From: an uncultured virus (IMG/VR IMGVR_UViG_3300011445_000001)
Taxonomy: Duplodnaviria > Heunggongvirae > Uroviricota > Caudoviricetes
Strand: one strand, 5' to 3'
Virus record (IMG/VR): IMGVR_UViG_3300011445_000001
DNA length: 20,000 bases
Part shown: in pieces, positions 1-7,580 of the stretch
Numbering within the stretch: position 1 is the stretch's first letter
Layout of the letters: each line of letters starts with the position of its first letter
Notes under the pieces: generated by a model
The model's input: only the letters and a program-made list of their open reading frames with translations
Told to the model about the DNA's origin: nothing
Databases searched by the model: none
Position numbers and translations under genes: made by a program

Positions 1-104
1 AGGAAATAGACGTCGATCTCGGGATCGGGTAGGGGGGTTCTCTTCGCCGCGCGTTTGCGCGGGACTAGAGACCGGGTCTTCCTTGTGGATTTGCGCTTGG
101 CCAT
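1..104 (-). CDS. 5' end of a gene running off the window (basic N-terminus MAKRKSTRKTRSLVPRKRAAKR...); its position after the terminase is compatible with a portal/head gene
   Basis: ATG at 104 preceded by AGGAG; frame open to the window edge. Manually translated, not in the ORF track. Function inferred from position only. Confidence 0.55.
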   Translation of the reverse strand, partial: MAKRKSTRKTRSLVPRKRAAKRTPLPDPEIDVYF

Positions 105-111
105 GTTGCTC

Positions 112-255
112 CTACTTGGGTTTGCGGACGTGCTTGAACATCTGCATCTGCCGTTCGCGTTCTTTGGCGTCGTCCTTGGTGGAATAAACCTTGGGGTAGA
201 GATGGCCGGTAGACTTCGACCGGATTCTGTACCCACCCTTTGCTTTCTCGATCAT
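112..255 (-). CDS. Small basic phage protein, 47 aa (MIEKAKGGYRIRSKSTGHLYPKVYSTKDDAKERERQMQMFKHVRKPK)
   Basis: Manually translated ORF filling the gap after terL, with GAGG upstream; its TAG overlaps the next gene's RBS. Resembles, from memory, small MI.K.KGGY...EA..R..Q...FKH phage proteins. Confidence 0.7.
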   Translation of the reverse strand: MIEKAKGGYRIRSKSTGHLYPKVYSTKDDAKERERQMQMFKHVRKPK

Positions 256-278
256 TTCGGGCCTCGTGGGGATACGCC

Positions 279-287
279 CTTGTACAC
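279..287 (-). promoter_or_regulatory. Candidate phage promoter/regulatory motif GTGTACAAG (copy 1)
   Basis: Identical 9-mer in the 36-nt gap after terL and in the gap upstream of terS. Confidence 0.35.
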
Positions 288-291
288 CCGG

Positions 292-1974
292 TTAGCCGAA
301 CGCTTGGTTAAACAAGGCAACCTCAGCGGCCGTGAGTACGTGTGGTTCCGCCTGTGCGCCCCGATTCTTGTAGATAAGCGAGGCTATGAGGGCATAGTTG
401 TCTGCGTGGCGGTAATCGTCGCCGTGGGGGCCCTTGTTCCATCGGGGCCACCGGAACTCACCTTTGTCTACCATCACCCGGACCGACGACAGGAGGTGGG
501 ATACAAACTCCCCATTGCAGATCTGGGTCACGAAAGTGGGCAGTGCTATACCCCCGTTGCGATAGGCCTGTGCGGTGAAGTCAAGAGACTCTTGTCGGTT
601 GGCGATGATGCGGCCCCCGGGTTCGTGGTGGTACATGCGCTTATTGTCTTCCTTGCCGAGGTCGGTATACTTGCAGGTGAATACCCGATTGGGGTGGCGC
701 TTACGCAAGGCTTGGGCGCCCTCACCCGCTAGCCAATCGCCGCCGCCTTCGTCGATCACGACTACTGCGGCATTGAACACGGCCATGGCCTCCTCGAGGT
801 CGGCCCACCGGCTGAACTTGCTGGCGTGGATCAGCTGGCGTTGACCATCTCGGATCTGCTCTATGGCCATATAACCGGGCTGGTCAACCCCAATGACGAC
901 GGGATACTCGAACCGGGTGCCCTTGGCTTGCTCTACCGTCGGGTAGTAGACGACCTTCGGAGTGGCGGCCTTCAGGATGTCAGAGATTCCAATCTTGGCG
1001 GTGGCCTCGACGTAGGGCAGCCCGAGATCGAACCGGTAGAAGATCGCCAGCTTGTGGGGCGAGCCTTGGGCCTTGATCCACCGGTCGAGCATCTCGTGGA
1101 TGGTGCGTTCCTGTGGGGCGGCGAAGAGCTTGGGGATGTGGTACCCCGATGTCGTGCTCTCGGGGTTCTCGGCCACCCACGTCCCTGCGCCTAACCTATC
1201 GAATGGGTCTCCACACTTGATGCAGACCGGCTGACCCGATGGGTGGTTCAGTACCCACTGGTCGTTCTCGAGGTGGACGAAGTGGATGAGCCAGTCGAGC
1301 TCTTGGGGGTGGCCACATTGACAACGAACGTGCCATTTGTTGCGGGTCGTCTCTTCCTCGAAGATCTTGTGTAGCCCCATACCCGGGTGGGTTGGATTTC
1401 CAAGGCGAATTGTGTGCGGGTTGTCTGAGGCGCCTTGGCGGGTATAGGCGAGGTCGAGGTTACCACCGGCCAAGCAGAGGTCGTACTCGTCGATGAACAC
1501 CACGTCGGTAGCGTTGACGAAGAAGGTCTTCTCGGTTGTTGCGCCGCCGAACATCCACCCGGTACCATAGATCGACTTCAAGGCGGACGAGTCGGCTGCC
1601 TTCTTGGATTGCTGCATCTCTCCTACCGCCGACCGATACTCGGGTACCCGGGCGACAAGGCCGTCTAGGCGGTCACGGATGAAGTAGCGCATCAGAGTCA
1701 CGTCGGGCAGTAGGTAGATTCCGCGCAAACCTCGCTTAGCAAAGCTGAACATCGAGGCAAAGGCCAAGGTAGACATGCCTATCTGCGATGCCTTCATCCA
1801 AACTTGATTGGGGTTGTTATCCTTGAGGATGTCGACCATCCACAGGCGGTTATCAAACTGAAGTGGTGCGTGTCGAGTGCTTAGGTGGTAGAAGTGAGCA
1901 TAGAAGAGCTTGGGGTACTTCTCCCATAGCTCCGATGCGACCTGTGCGTCGTCGAGCACCTCCGGTTGCGACAT
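292..1974 (-). CDS. terL: Terminase large subunit, GpA-type family
   Basis: Walker A-like MKASQIGMST, Walker B VFIDEYD, coupling motif GNPT, Cys motifs WHVRCQCG and CIKCG, RNase H-like nuclease start IGVD. Directly follows the small-subunit candidate. Confidence 0.88.
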   Translation of the reverse strand: MSQPEVLDDAQVASELWEKYPKLFYAHFYHLSTRHAPLQFDNRLWMVDILKDNNPNQVWMKASQIGMSTLAFASMFSFAKRGLRGIYLLPDVTLMRYFIRDRLDGLVARVPEYRSAVGEMQQSKKAADSSALKSIYGTGWMFGGATTEKTFFVNATDVVFIDEYDLCLAGGNLDLAYTRQGASDNPHTIRLGNPTHPGMGLHKIFEEETTRNKWHVRCQCGHPQELDWLIHFVHLENDQWVLNHPSGQPVCIKCGDPFDRLGAGTWVAENPESTTSGYHIPKLFAAPQERTIHEMLDRWIKAQGSPHKLAIFYRFDLGLPYVEATAKIGISDILKAATPKVVYYPTVEQAKGTRFEYPVVIGVDQPGYMAIEQIRDGQRQLIHASKFSRWADLEEAMAVFNAAVVVIDEGGGDWLAGEGAQALRKRHPNRVFTCKYTDLGKEDNKRMYHHEPGGRIIANRQESLDFTAQAYRNGGIALPTFVTQICNGEFVSHLLSSVRVMVDKGEFRWPRWNKGPHGDDYRHADNYALIASLIYKNRGAQAEPHVLTAAEVALFNQAFG

Positions 1975-2445
1975 CTAGTTCAAGAACCCGCGTGCGGCTT
2001 CGAGGCGTTCGGGCGTAGACTGGATGGTTAGGGTCCGAACCGAGCCGGACTGCTGGACGGCCGCATTGCGCTCCCGCTCGCTCATCATGTCGTGGATGGC
2101 CCGGAGTGCGTGAACCTTAAGGGCCGTCTTGATTGAGGGGGAAGTGGCAATTTCGCTAAGCTTCTTGACCCGCTGAAAGAGGCTGGCGAACTGGACCCGG
2201 TTCAAGATGTCTTCGGCCGCGCGCCTACGTTCCTCGAGAATACGGGCTGGCCATCCCTCGGGCCCGGTGTTCTTCATGTAGAGGCCACAAGAGGTTCTGA
2301 AGGACTGGTATGAAACGGAAAGCGGAGGCTTACCTGAGTCCTCTGTCCACTGGGGCGAGGTTAGGTAACCGTAGATGTCCTTCGGCCTTTCGAAGCTTGC
2401 TAAGGCCGTTATGATGTGGTCTATGTGGGCTTTTGTGAGTCGCAT
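1975..2445 (-). CDS. terS: Putative terminase small subunit (DUF2280-like)
   Basis: Abuts terL (TAG-ATG); RBS GGAGG. N-terminus LTKAHIDHIITALASFERPKDI resembles the DUF2280 pattern (I+..LA.F..P..+). Confidence 0.65.
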   Translation of the reverse strand: MRLTKAHIDHIITALASFERPKDIYGYLTSPQWTEDSGKPPLSVSYQSFRTSCGLYMKNTGPEGWPARILEERRRAAEDILNRVQFASLFQRVKKLSEIATSPSIKTALKVHALRAIHDMMSERERNAAVQQSGSVRTLTIQSTPERLEAARGFLN

Positions 2446-2476
2446 CGTGGTACCCCTCCGGGTTGTTCACTAGCGA

Positions 2477-2485
2477 CTTGTACAC
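2477..2485 (-). promoter_or_regulatory. Candidate phage promoter/regulatory motif GTGTACAAG (copy 2), upstream of terS
   Basis: Lies in the largest intergenic gap (2446-2592), 31 nt before the terS ATG. Confidence 0.35.
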
Positions 2486-2592
2486 GGCCCGGATGTGTGT
2501 CGGGGGCCTACGACGGTACTACGAAGGGCGGTTTAGGCGGTCTTGGGGGGCCCTGAACCGGGTCTGAAGCGGCTTTAGAGGGGCGTCAGGGG

Positions 2593-2712
2593 CTACTCTT
2601 TGCGTCTTGGGTGGCAGATGGGACAGTCGTCACCACAGCATGAGAAGACCCCGCCAAGCACAAGCGCAACTAAGATTACGATGGCGGTGCAAATGGCCTG
2701 CGTGGCGCTCAT
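2593..2712 (-). CDS. 39-aa membrane peptide (MSATQAICTAIVILVALVLGGVFSCCGDDCPICHPRRKE)
   Basis: Manually translated ORF: one hydrophobic helix followed by a Cys-rich basic tail; fills the gap downstream of the ORF ending at 2722. Confidence 0.55.
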   Translation of the reverse strand: MSATQAICTAIVILVALVLGGVFSCCGDDCPICHPRRKE

Positions 2713-2721
2713 GTCGTTCGA

Positions 2722-2862
2722 TCACTTCTCGAAGGTCGGCTTGCCACAAGCTGGGCATCTAACGGGCGGATACTGATCCAAGAAGGCGTCCCCGCATGCG
2801 GTCTGGTAGATGCCGTCGTTGTCTAGCTCCCATCGGCAACGGCTAAGTGAGTTATCGGCCAC
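2722..2862 (-). CDS. Small Zn-ribbon-like phage protein, about 46 aa
   Basis: CRW..D..GIYQTACG...CPACGK pattern. Likely GTG start at 2862 overlapping the methylase stop; the track start at 2958 would overlap the methylase too far. Confidence 0.6.
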   Translation of the reverse strand: MADNSLSRCRWELDNDGIYQTACGDAFLDQYPPVRCPACGKPTFEK

Positions 2863-3667
2863 TGTAGTCGTACTGCGATCCTTCGTCCGAACCGGGAAAG
2901 CTGTCGGGGTGGGTCGGCACTTCCGCGAGATTGCCGACGTTTTGCCAGCCGGGTTCATAGGCGAATAGGCACTCGTTACATGCGGTCTCCTGCTTGTGGG
3001 CGACCGCGATGGTATCTCCGAACTGAACTACCGGCTTCCAGTTGGGGGGTGCGATGAACTCTGAGGCGGTGACGTGGTTGGCCTTGGTGAGATGTTCGGC
3101 AAAGGCCCAGTACGCTTGGCTGTCGAACTTGCCCTTGGGTCCGGGTGCTGAACGACCGGCATAGGGCGGATCGAGGTAGAAAGTGGCGCCCGTATAGTTC
3201 TCGTAGGTGAGGTAGTCGACACAGACGAGGGTGATTTGGTCACGGTGGGCCTTGAGGATGTCTACCTTCTTGGTCCACATGCGCTTGAGCGAGGCGCTCA
3301 TGTCGCCCTTCTTGCTACGAGCATAACCACCGAACCACGAAGCCGCGAAAGCCATTCCGAAGCCGACGTAGGCCGTCATTGGGTCGTTCGGGTCGCGTAT
3401 GGCCTTGTATTGCTTGAAATCGGCCTCAGATACGGTGTCAGGAGGAACCCACCCGTCGAGTGACGCCATCCATGTCGTCATCAACGCCGGGTGGAGGTCG
3501 GATAGAACAATGCGGACGTCCTTGGGCAGTTGGGGGATCACCTTCATGGCGGCTCCCAAGGCGCCGCAGAACGGCTCAACGTAGAGCTTGCATTCGGGGT
3601 CCCAGTTGGCAATGATATAGTCGGCGATTCGGCCGCCCTGTCGCATCTTTCCGCCCAAATATCGCAT
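2852..3667 (-). CDS. DNA adenine methyltransferase (Dam/D12-like family)
   Basis: RYLGGK N-terminus, SAM-binding YVEPFCGA, catalytic YLDPPY. Target sequence not predictable. Confidence 0.88.
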   Translation of the reverse strand: MRYLGGKMRQGGRIADYIIANWDPECKLYVEPFCGALGAAMKVIPQLPKDVRIVLSDLHPALMTTWMASLDGWVPPDTVSEADFKQYKAIRDPNDPMTAYVGFGMAFAASWFGGYARSKKGDMSASLKRMWTKKVDILKAHRDQITLVCVDYLTYENYTGATFYLDPPYAGRSAPGPKGKFDSQAYWAFAEHLTKANHVTASEFIAPPNWKPVVQFGDTIAVAHKQETACNECLFAYEPGWQNVGNLAEVPTHPDSFPGSDEGSQYDYSGR

Positions 3668-3838
3668 CTAGTACCTCGGGTCCCAACGCTTGAGGGCGTC
3701 GATGAAGGTGAGTTCAGGAACTACGGTTTTCGCGTACTTGCCGGTCGTCACGGCCGCACCAAGCCGAATTGCGGCGAAGTATACCACTCGACGGGGCAGC
3801 ATGGCGGCAACGGTGGCCGCAAGCCAGTCTTTGATCAT
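3668..3838 (-). CDS. 56-aa phage hypothetical protein (MIKDWLAATVAAMLPRRVVYFAAIRLGAAVTTGKYAKTVVPELTFIDALKRWDPRY)
   Basis: Manually translated. ATGA overlap with the upstream gene, GGAG RBS, and a TAG directly abutting the methylase ATG; exactly fills the gap. Confidence 0.75.
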   Translation of the reverse strand: MIKDWLAATVAAMLPRRVVYFAAIRLGAAVTTGKYAKTVVPELTFIDALKRWDPRY

Positions 3839-4038
3839 GTCGTCTCCTCAACTTTGATGGTTACTAGGCGCGGCATCAATTCGCCGCCATATCTGGTATA
3901 GTCGCGGCCACCGTCAACGAAGGACTTGCCGCACGGACAGTGGCGAAAATCGTGCCGATGCCTCGACCATACGATCTCATGGCACTCTCGGCAGATGATG
4001 CCGGTGAACTCGGTCGGGATCACAGACTGGTAGGCCAT
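3835..4038 (-). CDS. Small Cys/His phage protein, 67 aa
   Basis: C..C...I.S.HRHDF..C.CG...VDGG..Y pattern common in phage small proteins. Confidence 0.75.
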   Translation of the reverse strand: MAYQSVIPTEFTGIICRECHEIVWSRHRHDFRHCPCGKSFVDGGRDYTRYGGELMPRLVTIKVEETT

Positions 4039-4217
4039 GGCGAGACGCGCTTCGAATCGCGACCCTTCTTCTGGCGCTTCTGGAGGATCTTTATGGCCGC
4101 TTTAGCGTGCTTGACGACCGATCCGGGCAGGGCGTCGCGGTTGAGCTTGTCGAGGGCTATGATCTGTGATAGCAGGCGCAGGGCCCATGCCTCGTGATTG
4201 TGGCTAACGTGAGGCAT
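4020..4217 (-). CDS. Hypothetical basic protein, 65 aa
   Basis: Fits the operon tiling, with a TAA-ATG junction upstream. Confidence 0.55.
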   Translation of the reverse strand: MPHVSHNHEAWALRLLSQIIALDKLNRDALPGSVVKHAKAAIKILQKRQKKGRDSKRVSPWPTSL

Positions 4218-4313
4218 TTAGGGCCTTCTTCCGATTCGGGCCTTGATTATGGGGGCGGCCACAGCGCACACCGCCACTCCAGCGACTACGACTTCAGTGC
4301 AGACGAAGCACAT
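4218..4313 (-). CDS. 31-aa hydrophobic peptide (MCFVCTEVVVAGVAVCAVAAPIIKARIGRRP)
   Basis: Manually translated. TAATG overlap with the MazG stop, and its TAA abuts the next ATG, so it exactly fills the gap. Confidence 0.5.
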   Translation of the reverse strand: MCFVCTEVVVAGVAVCAVAAPIIKARIGRRP

Positions 4314-4681
4314 TAGCGGTTATCTCCATCACCATGAAGGGTGTCCTTCTTGGCGCGTTCGTCGAGCTTCTTGATGTTGGCGGCGGCGACGTCCGATAGC
4401 TTGGCGCCTATTTCGTCGCAAGTGGCCGAGAGATACCACAAGGCGTCTCCCAACTCCTTGAGAATGGCCTTGCGGTTCTCCTCGGTAATCTCCCCGCCTT
4501 GGTCGCGCGCGATCTTCTTGACCTTACCAGCAACCTCGCCAGCCTCGTTGGTTAGACCGAGGACCGTATACTCAAGAGCCCCAAGCGGATCGGCATGCTT
4601 ACAGTGGCAGTAGTCGCAAAACCGATGGCGCGGGTAGATCTTGAACCGGCGGGCTTTCTGCTGGTAGTCGTTGAAATTCAC
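4313..4681 (-). CDS. mazG: MazG-like nucleoside triphosphate pyrophosphohydrolase
   Basis: MNFNDYQ start, LGLTNEAGEV...KK and ELGDALWY motifs, C-terminal L.GDGDNR. Confidence 0.88.
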   Translation of the reverse strand: MNFNDYQQKARRFKIYPRHRFCDYCHCKHADPLGALEYTVLGLTNEAGEVAGKVKKIARDQGGEITEENRKAILKELGDALWYLSATCDEIGAKLSDVAAANIKKLDERAKKDTLHGDGDNR

Positions 4682-5070
4682 TGCGCGACTACGATTGGCA
4701 GGTTACAGTTCTCGCCGAGCGGGTACCCCGGGGTCAGGTCGAGTGTCAGATTGGTGCCCGGCGCCAGCCACACGCCAACGAGGCAAGGGTCGGTGGGGTG
4801 GTGTCGCATATTCACCACTTGTGGCTGATCACAGGGCGAAAGCTCGGTGGTCGTGAAATACTGAATCTGGTGGGCCGTATTGCCAACCAACCGCCAATTG
4901 CATGGTTCTGCCTCAGGAGGTGGTGCGGCCGAGGTGGTCGGCTCGGTCATCGACCTGTGGTGGTCTACAGGGCTCACGGAGTTCGAACAGCCGGTCGGTC
5001 CGGCGCTGATAAGCAGCAAGAGGACCAAAATCAGCACAAACAGGGCGATCATCTTCACGTATTTGGACAT
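4678..5070 (-). CDS. Putative lipoprotein
   Basis: Basic N-terminus, long hydrophobic stretch, lipobox-like PTG-C, Pro/Thr linker; AAGGAG RBS. Confidence 0.65.
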   Translation of the reverse strand: MSKYVKMIALFVLILVLLLLISAGPTGCSNSVSPVDHHRSMTEPTTSAAPPPEAEPCNWRLVGNTAHQIQYFTTTELSPCDQPQVVNMRHHPTDPCLVGVWLAPGTNLTLDLTPGYPLGENCNLPIVVAQ

Positions 5071-5095
5071 TAGTTCTTTCTCCTTGTTGGCACAC

Positions 5096-5101
5096 GTACA
5101 C
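5096..5101 (-). promoter_or_regulatory. GTGTAC core motif (copy 3) upstream of the lipoprotein gene
   Basis: In the 48-nt intergenic gap, 25 nt before the ATG; context GGGTGTAC matches copy 1. Confidence 0.25.
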
Positions 5102-5118
5102 CCCTCTGGGCCAAACGC

Positions 5119-5463
5119 TTAACTGGGCGGCTTCTGGACGGCCCCAAGGGCCCGAATCAGGGCAAGCTTCCGCTGCAAGCGCCACTTCTTGGCCCGTCGT
5201 CGGGCCTTTTCCTTAGCAACAGCCCCTTGCCGGTAGATGCGGGCATTCTCCGCTCTGCACTCTAAGCATACCGAATTGCGCTGATCCTTATAGCGGGCGT
5301 CCATGCCGAAGGCCGAGAGGGGCTTTCGGGTCCGGCAATGTGGGCATGGCTTAGATTGCCCCTCCTGCTGCTGGTCCAAAAGCCTGCGCATCTCGAGATT
5401 AATTCTCTGAGATTGGTTCATGGCCGGGAATTCCCGTGCGTGTGGTAGCGCGACTCGGTTCAC
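5119..5463 (-). CDS. Zn-finger protein of the type usually found N-terminal to HNH/Endo VII nucleases, here without a nuclease domain
   Basis: K.CPHC...KPLSAF......D.R...CLEC followed by a basic helix; GTGA overlap with the GT2 stop. Confidence 0.65.
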   Translation of the reverse strand: MNRVALPHAREFPAMNQSQRINLEMRRLLDQQQEGQSKPCPHCRTRKPLSAFGMDARYKDQRNSVCLECRAENARIYRQGAVAKEKARRRAKKWRLQRKLALIRALGAVQKPPS

Positions 5464-6176
5464 AAGCCCTCGTCCGGCTTATCAACAATCAGCCGCCGTG
5501 GGCGTTTAGTCCCCGGGTGCCAAGAGCGCTGCTTGGACCCGGCGTGATCGATGAGACTGGTGGTGGTCGAGGCGCACCAGAACCCCTCATGGTGGATGCG
5601 GCGCATGACGGCACCCTCGACGTCGCCTATAAGTCTATCGGTTGGGAAGGGATGGCCGAATCGCATAGCATCATCGAACCGCATCAGAAGGCAGCACCCC
5701 GGCACGAAGGGTCGAACCCCGCCCTCGACCACCTGAAGCGGGCCCGCATCAAACACCCGGGCCTCCTCTTGCGAGGAGTGCCTAAATCCCGATAGAGCTC
5801 TTAAACCGGTCGGGTAGAATCGCTCGAGAGTGGCGACCATGGTGGACTCCCACTCATGCGAGAAGGTGAGATCGTCATCGCACAGCAAGACGTAATCGGG
5901 CGGACAACCAGCAGGAACCACATAGCAAGCCTCAGTCAGGAAAGATAGGCCCACGTTCCACGCGTAGCCCTTACCGTAGTTGTCATCGAGGAGGATGGCG
6001 GTCAACGGGAGGGTCTCAAGGTACTTTCGGGCGGTGGAGGTTCGAACCCCCTGCTCGACCACCACCAGCGGACCCGCAAACTCCGAATCAAAGAGGGAGG
6101 TCAGAGTAGCCCGAAGAAGGGCCGCCCGCCCCATGCTGGCCATTACAACGCCGACGGTACCGTCTTTAGGCGGCAT
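5460..6176 (-). CDS. Glycosyltransferase family 2 (GT-A fold)
   Basis: VVM.S..R..LL..TL.SL start, NYGKGYAWNVGL, DxD motif (LLCDDD), G.CLL.R and late H.G. Confidence 0.85.
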   Translation of the reverse strand: MPPKDGTVGVVMASMGRAALLRATLTSLFDSEFAGPLVVVEQGVRTSTARKYLETLPLTAILLDDNYGKGYAWNVGLSFLTEACYVVPAGCPPDYVLLCDDDLTFSHEWESTMVATLERFYPTGLRALSGFRHSSQEEARVFDAGPLQVVEGGVRPFVPGCCLLMRFDDAMRFGHPFPTDRLIGDVEGAVMRRIHHEGFWCASTTTSLIDHAGSKQRSWHPGTKRPRRLIVDKPDEGL

Positions 6177-6236
6177 CTCGGTGCCCTTTCAGACCGGCGC
6201 GCGCGACGTCGCGGCTTTTTGGCCGCCCCTTGTGGC

Positions 6237-6259
6237 AACAAAAGGCGCCCCCGGGCGCC
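6237..6259 (-). terminator. Putative intrinsic terminator after the endolysin gene
   Basis: Minus strand GGCGCC-CGGG-GGCGCC followed by TTTTGTT, 3 nt after the stop codon. Confidence 0.5.
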
Positions 6260-6262
6260 GCC

Positions 6263-6826
6263 TTAGCCAATTTGAATTCTCTTCAGCCAGCCTCGGGCGA
6301 AGGCCTCTTGGGTTGGGTTGGCCCGCATGATATCGAGGTAGAACGCGCCGCGCAGCACGACAACCACCTTCTCGATCAGCTCGTAGTCCTCTTTCCGCTC
6401 AAGGAGCTGGGCGCGGGTAACAGGTCCAAAGAGCCCGTCCACCTTCAGGTCGGGGTAGAGGGTCTGGTTACGGTTCAACACATTCAGGGCCTCCTGCAAG
6501 AACTTAATGGCCCTTCCGTTGCCCATATTAACCGCGATATCGAACAACTCGTCGGCAAGCGGCTGGTGGTCTATCTCATCGAGACTCATCAAATCCCAGA
6601 TCACCTTGTAGAAGGACTCAACATGAAAGCGCAAGTCGATTCCTACTTGGATCCAATCAACATCACCCTTCGTTGCCGCCCGGTCAAGGTACGCCCACCC
6701 CGACCACTCCGGAAAGTGAACGCGCGAGATGCCCTTGTAGGTTTCGCCGCCCTTGTCGTTGGGGTGGTTCGAGTAGCCGCCCTCGTACTGAAGCGTCTTG
6801 GTCAGTGCAACCGAGAACATCACCAT
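6263..6826 (-). CDS. Endolysin, glycoside hydrolase family 108 with C-terminal peptidoglycan-binding region
   Basis: EGGYSNHPNDKGGETYKGI, FD.AVN.G, VDG.FGP.T, F..GWL.R motifs; AAGGA RBS. Confidence 0.92.
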   Translation of the reverse strand: MVMFSVALTKTLQYEGGYSNHPNDKGGETYKGISRVHFPEWSGWAYLDRAATKGDVDWIQVGIDLRFHVESFYKVIWDLMSLDEIDHQPLADELFDIAVNMGNGRAIKFLQEALNVLNRNQTLYPDLKVDGLFGPVTRAQLLERKEDYELIEKVVVVLRGAFYLDIMRANPTQEAFARGWLKRIQIG

Positions 6827-6838
6827 GGTTAAGTCCTT

Positions 6839-7309
6839 TCAGCCCACAAGCGTGACGGAGGCCACCCCATTCGGGATGCGATTTTGGAGCTTCTCGTACG
6901 CCGCTTGTAGAGACGGGTCCGGGTAGGTCCAGCCGTCACGGTAATACACCTTGACGATTCCGGCTTGTATCAGCTCCTTCGTGCAGCCAAAGCAGGGGCG
7001 CATCGTACAGAACATCTCGCCACCCTCGACGGCAATACCAAACCGAGCCGCAGATAGGAGGGCGTTCTGCTCGGCGTGCACACAAACACAAATGTCGTAA
7101 TTCGTACCGGATAGGTACTTCACGCTATCTGCGCACCGATCGCAACCACCGTCAAGGCAGTTGGTCATGTTCGAAGGTGTGCCATTGTATCCAGTCGAGA
7201 CCACGCGATTGCCAACCACGATAACGGCCCCGACGCGGCGGCCCAGACAATTAGCCTTGGTCCCAACCGCCACCGCAATCCCCATGAAGTACAAGTCACG
7301 ATTCTGCAT
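6839..7309 (-). CDS. dCMP deaminase
   Basis: R.VGAVIV, STGYNG.P, HAEQNA and PCxxC (PCFGC) zinc motifs. Confidence 0.92.
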   Translation of the reverse strand: MQNRDLYFMGIAVAVGTKANCLGRRVGAVIVVGNRVVSTGYNGTPSNMTNCLDGGCDRCADSVKYLSGTNYDICVCVHAEQNALLSAARFGIAVEGGEMFCTMRPCFGCTKELIQAGIVKVYYRDGWTYPDPSLQAAYEKLQNRIPNGVASVTLVG

Positions 7310-7580
7310 CGCGGCCCTTCTGCTCTTCCTTAGCGACCATCAGCTTCATCTCCTCGGCCCTATCAAATACCATCAGCATCTTGTGGCAATTAGAGCATTC
7401 GGCGTTCGGCTCAAGGGCAATCGGACTTGGGCAAACCAAAATCGCCACAAAATCGCACGCAATGCAGTGGGCCTTGCCCACCAGCCAAAGCGGCTCGCCG
7501 GATTCTAACATCCGCTCGGCCATACGCTTGGCCCATTCTTCGTCTAACTCATCGGCCACGAGACAGATCCTCAATCTCAT
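7296..7580 (-). CDS. Small Zn-ribbon protein (CxxC-x19-CxxC)
   Basis: CIAC and CSNC motifs; overlaps both neighbouring genes. Confidence 0.6.
   Translation of the reverse strand: MRLRICLVADELDEEWAKRMAERMLESGEPLWLVGKAHCIACDFVAILVCPSPIALEPNAECSNCHKMLMVFDRAEEMKLMVAKEEQKGRDAES

Noticed and set aside
4313..4681. Z-genome (2-aminoadenine) pathway suggested by MazG plus the altered PolA
   Set aside because: No PurZ or DatZ gene is in the window, and an adenine methylase is present.
5119..5463. HNH homing endonuclease
   Set aside because: Only the N-terminal Zn-finger is present; there is no H-N-H catalytic motif.
2593..7580. CxxCH motifs (CPICH, CRECH, CDYCH, CSNCH) as c-type haem sites
   Set aside because: Three are in apparently cytoplasmic proteins where zinc binding is more plausible, the fourth is in a 39-aa peptide, and no cytochrome maturation context is present.
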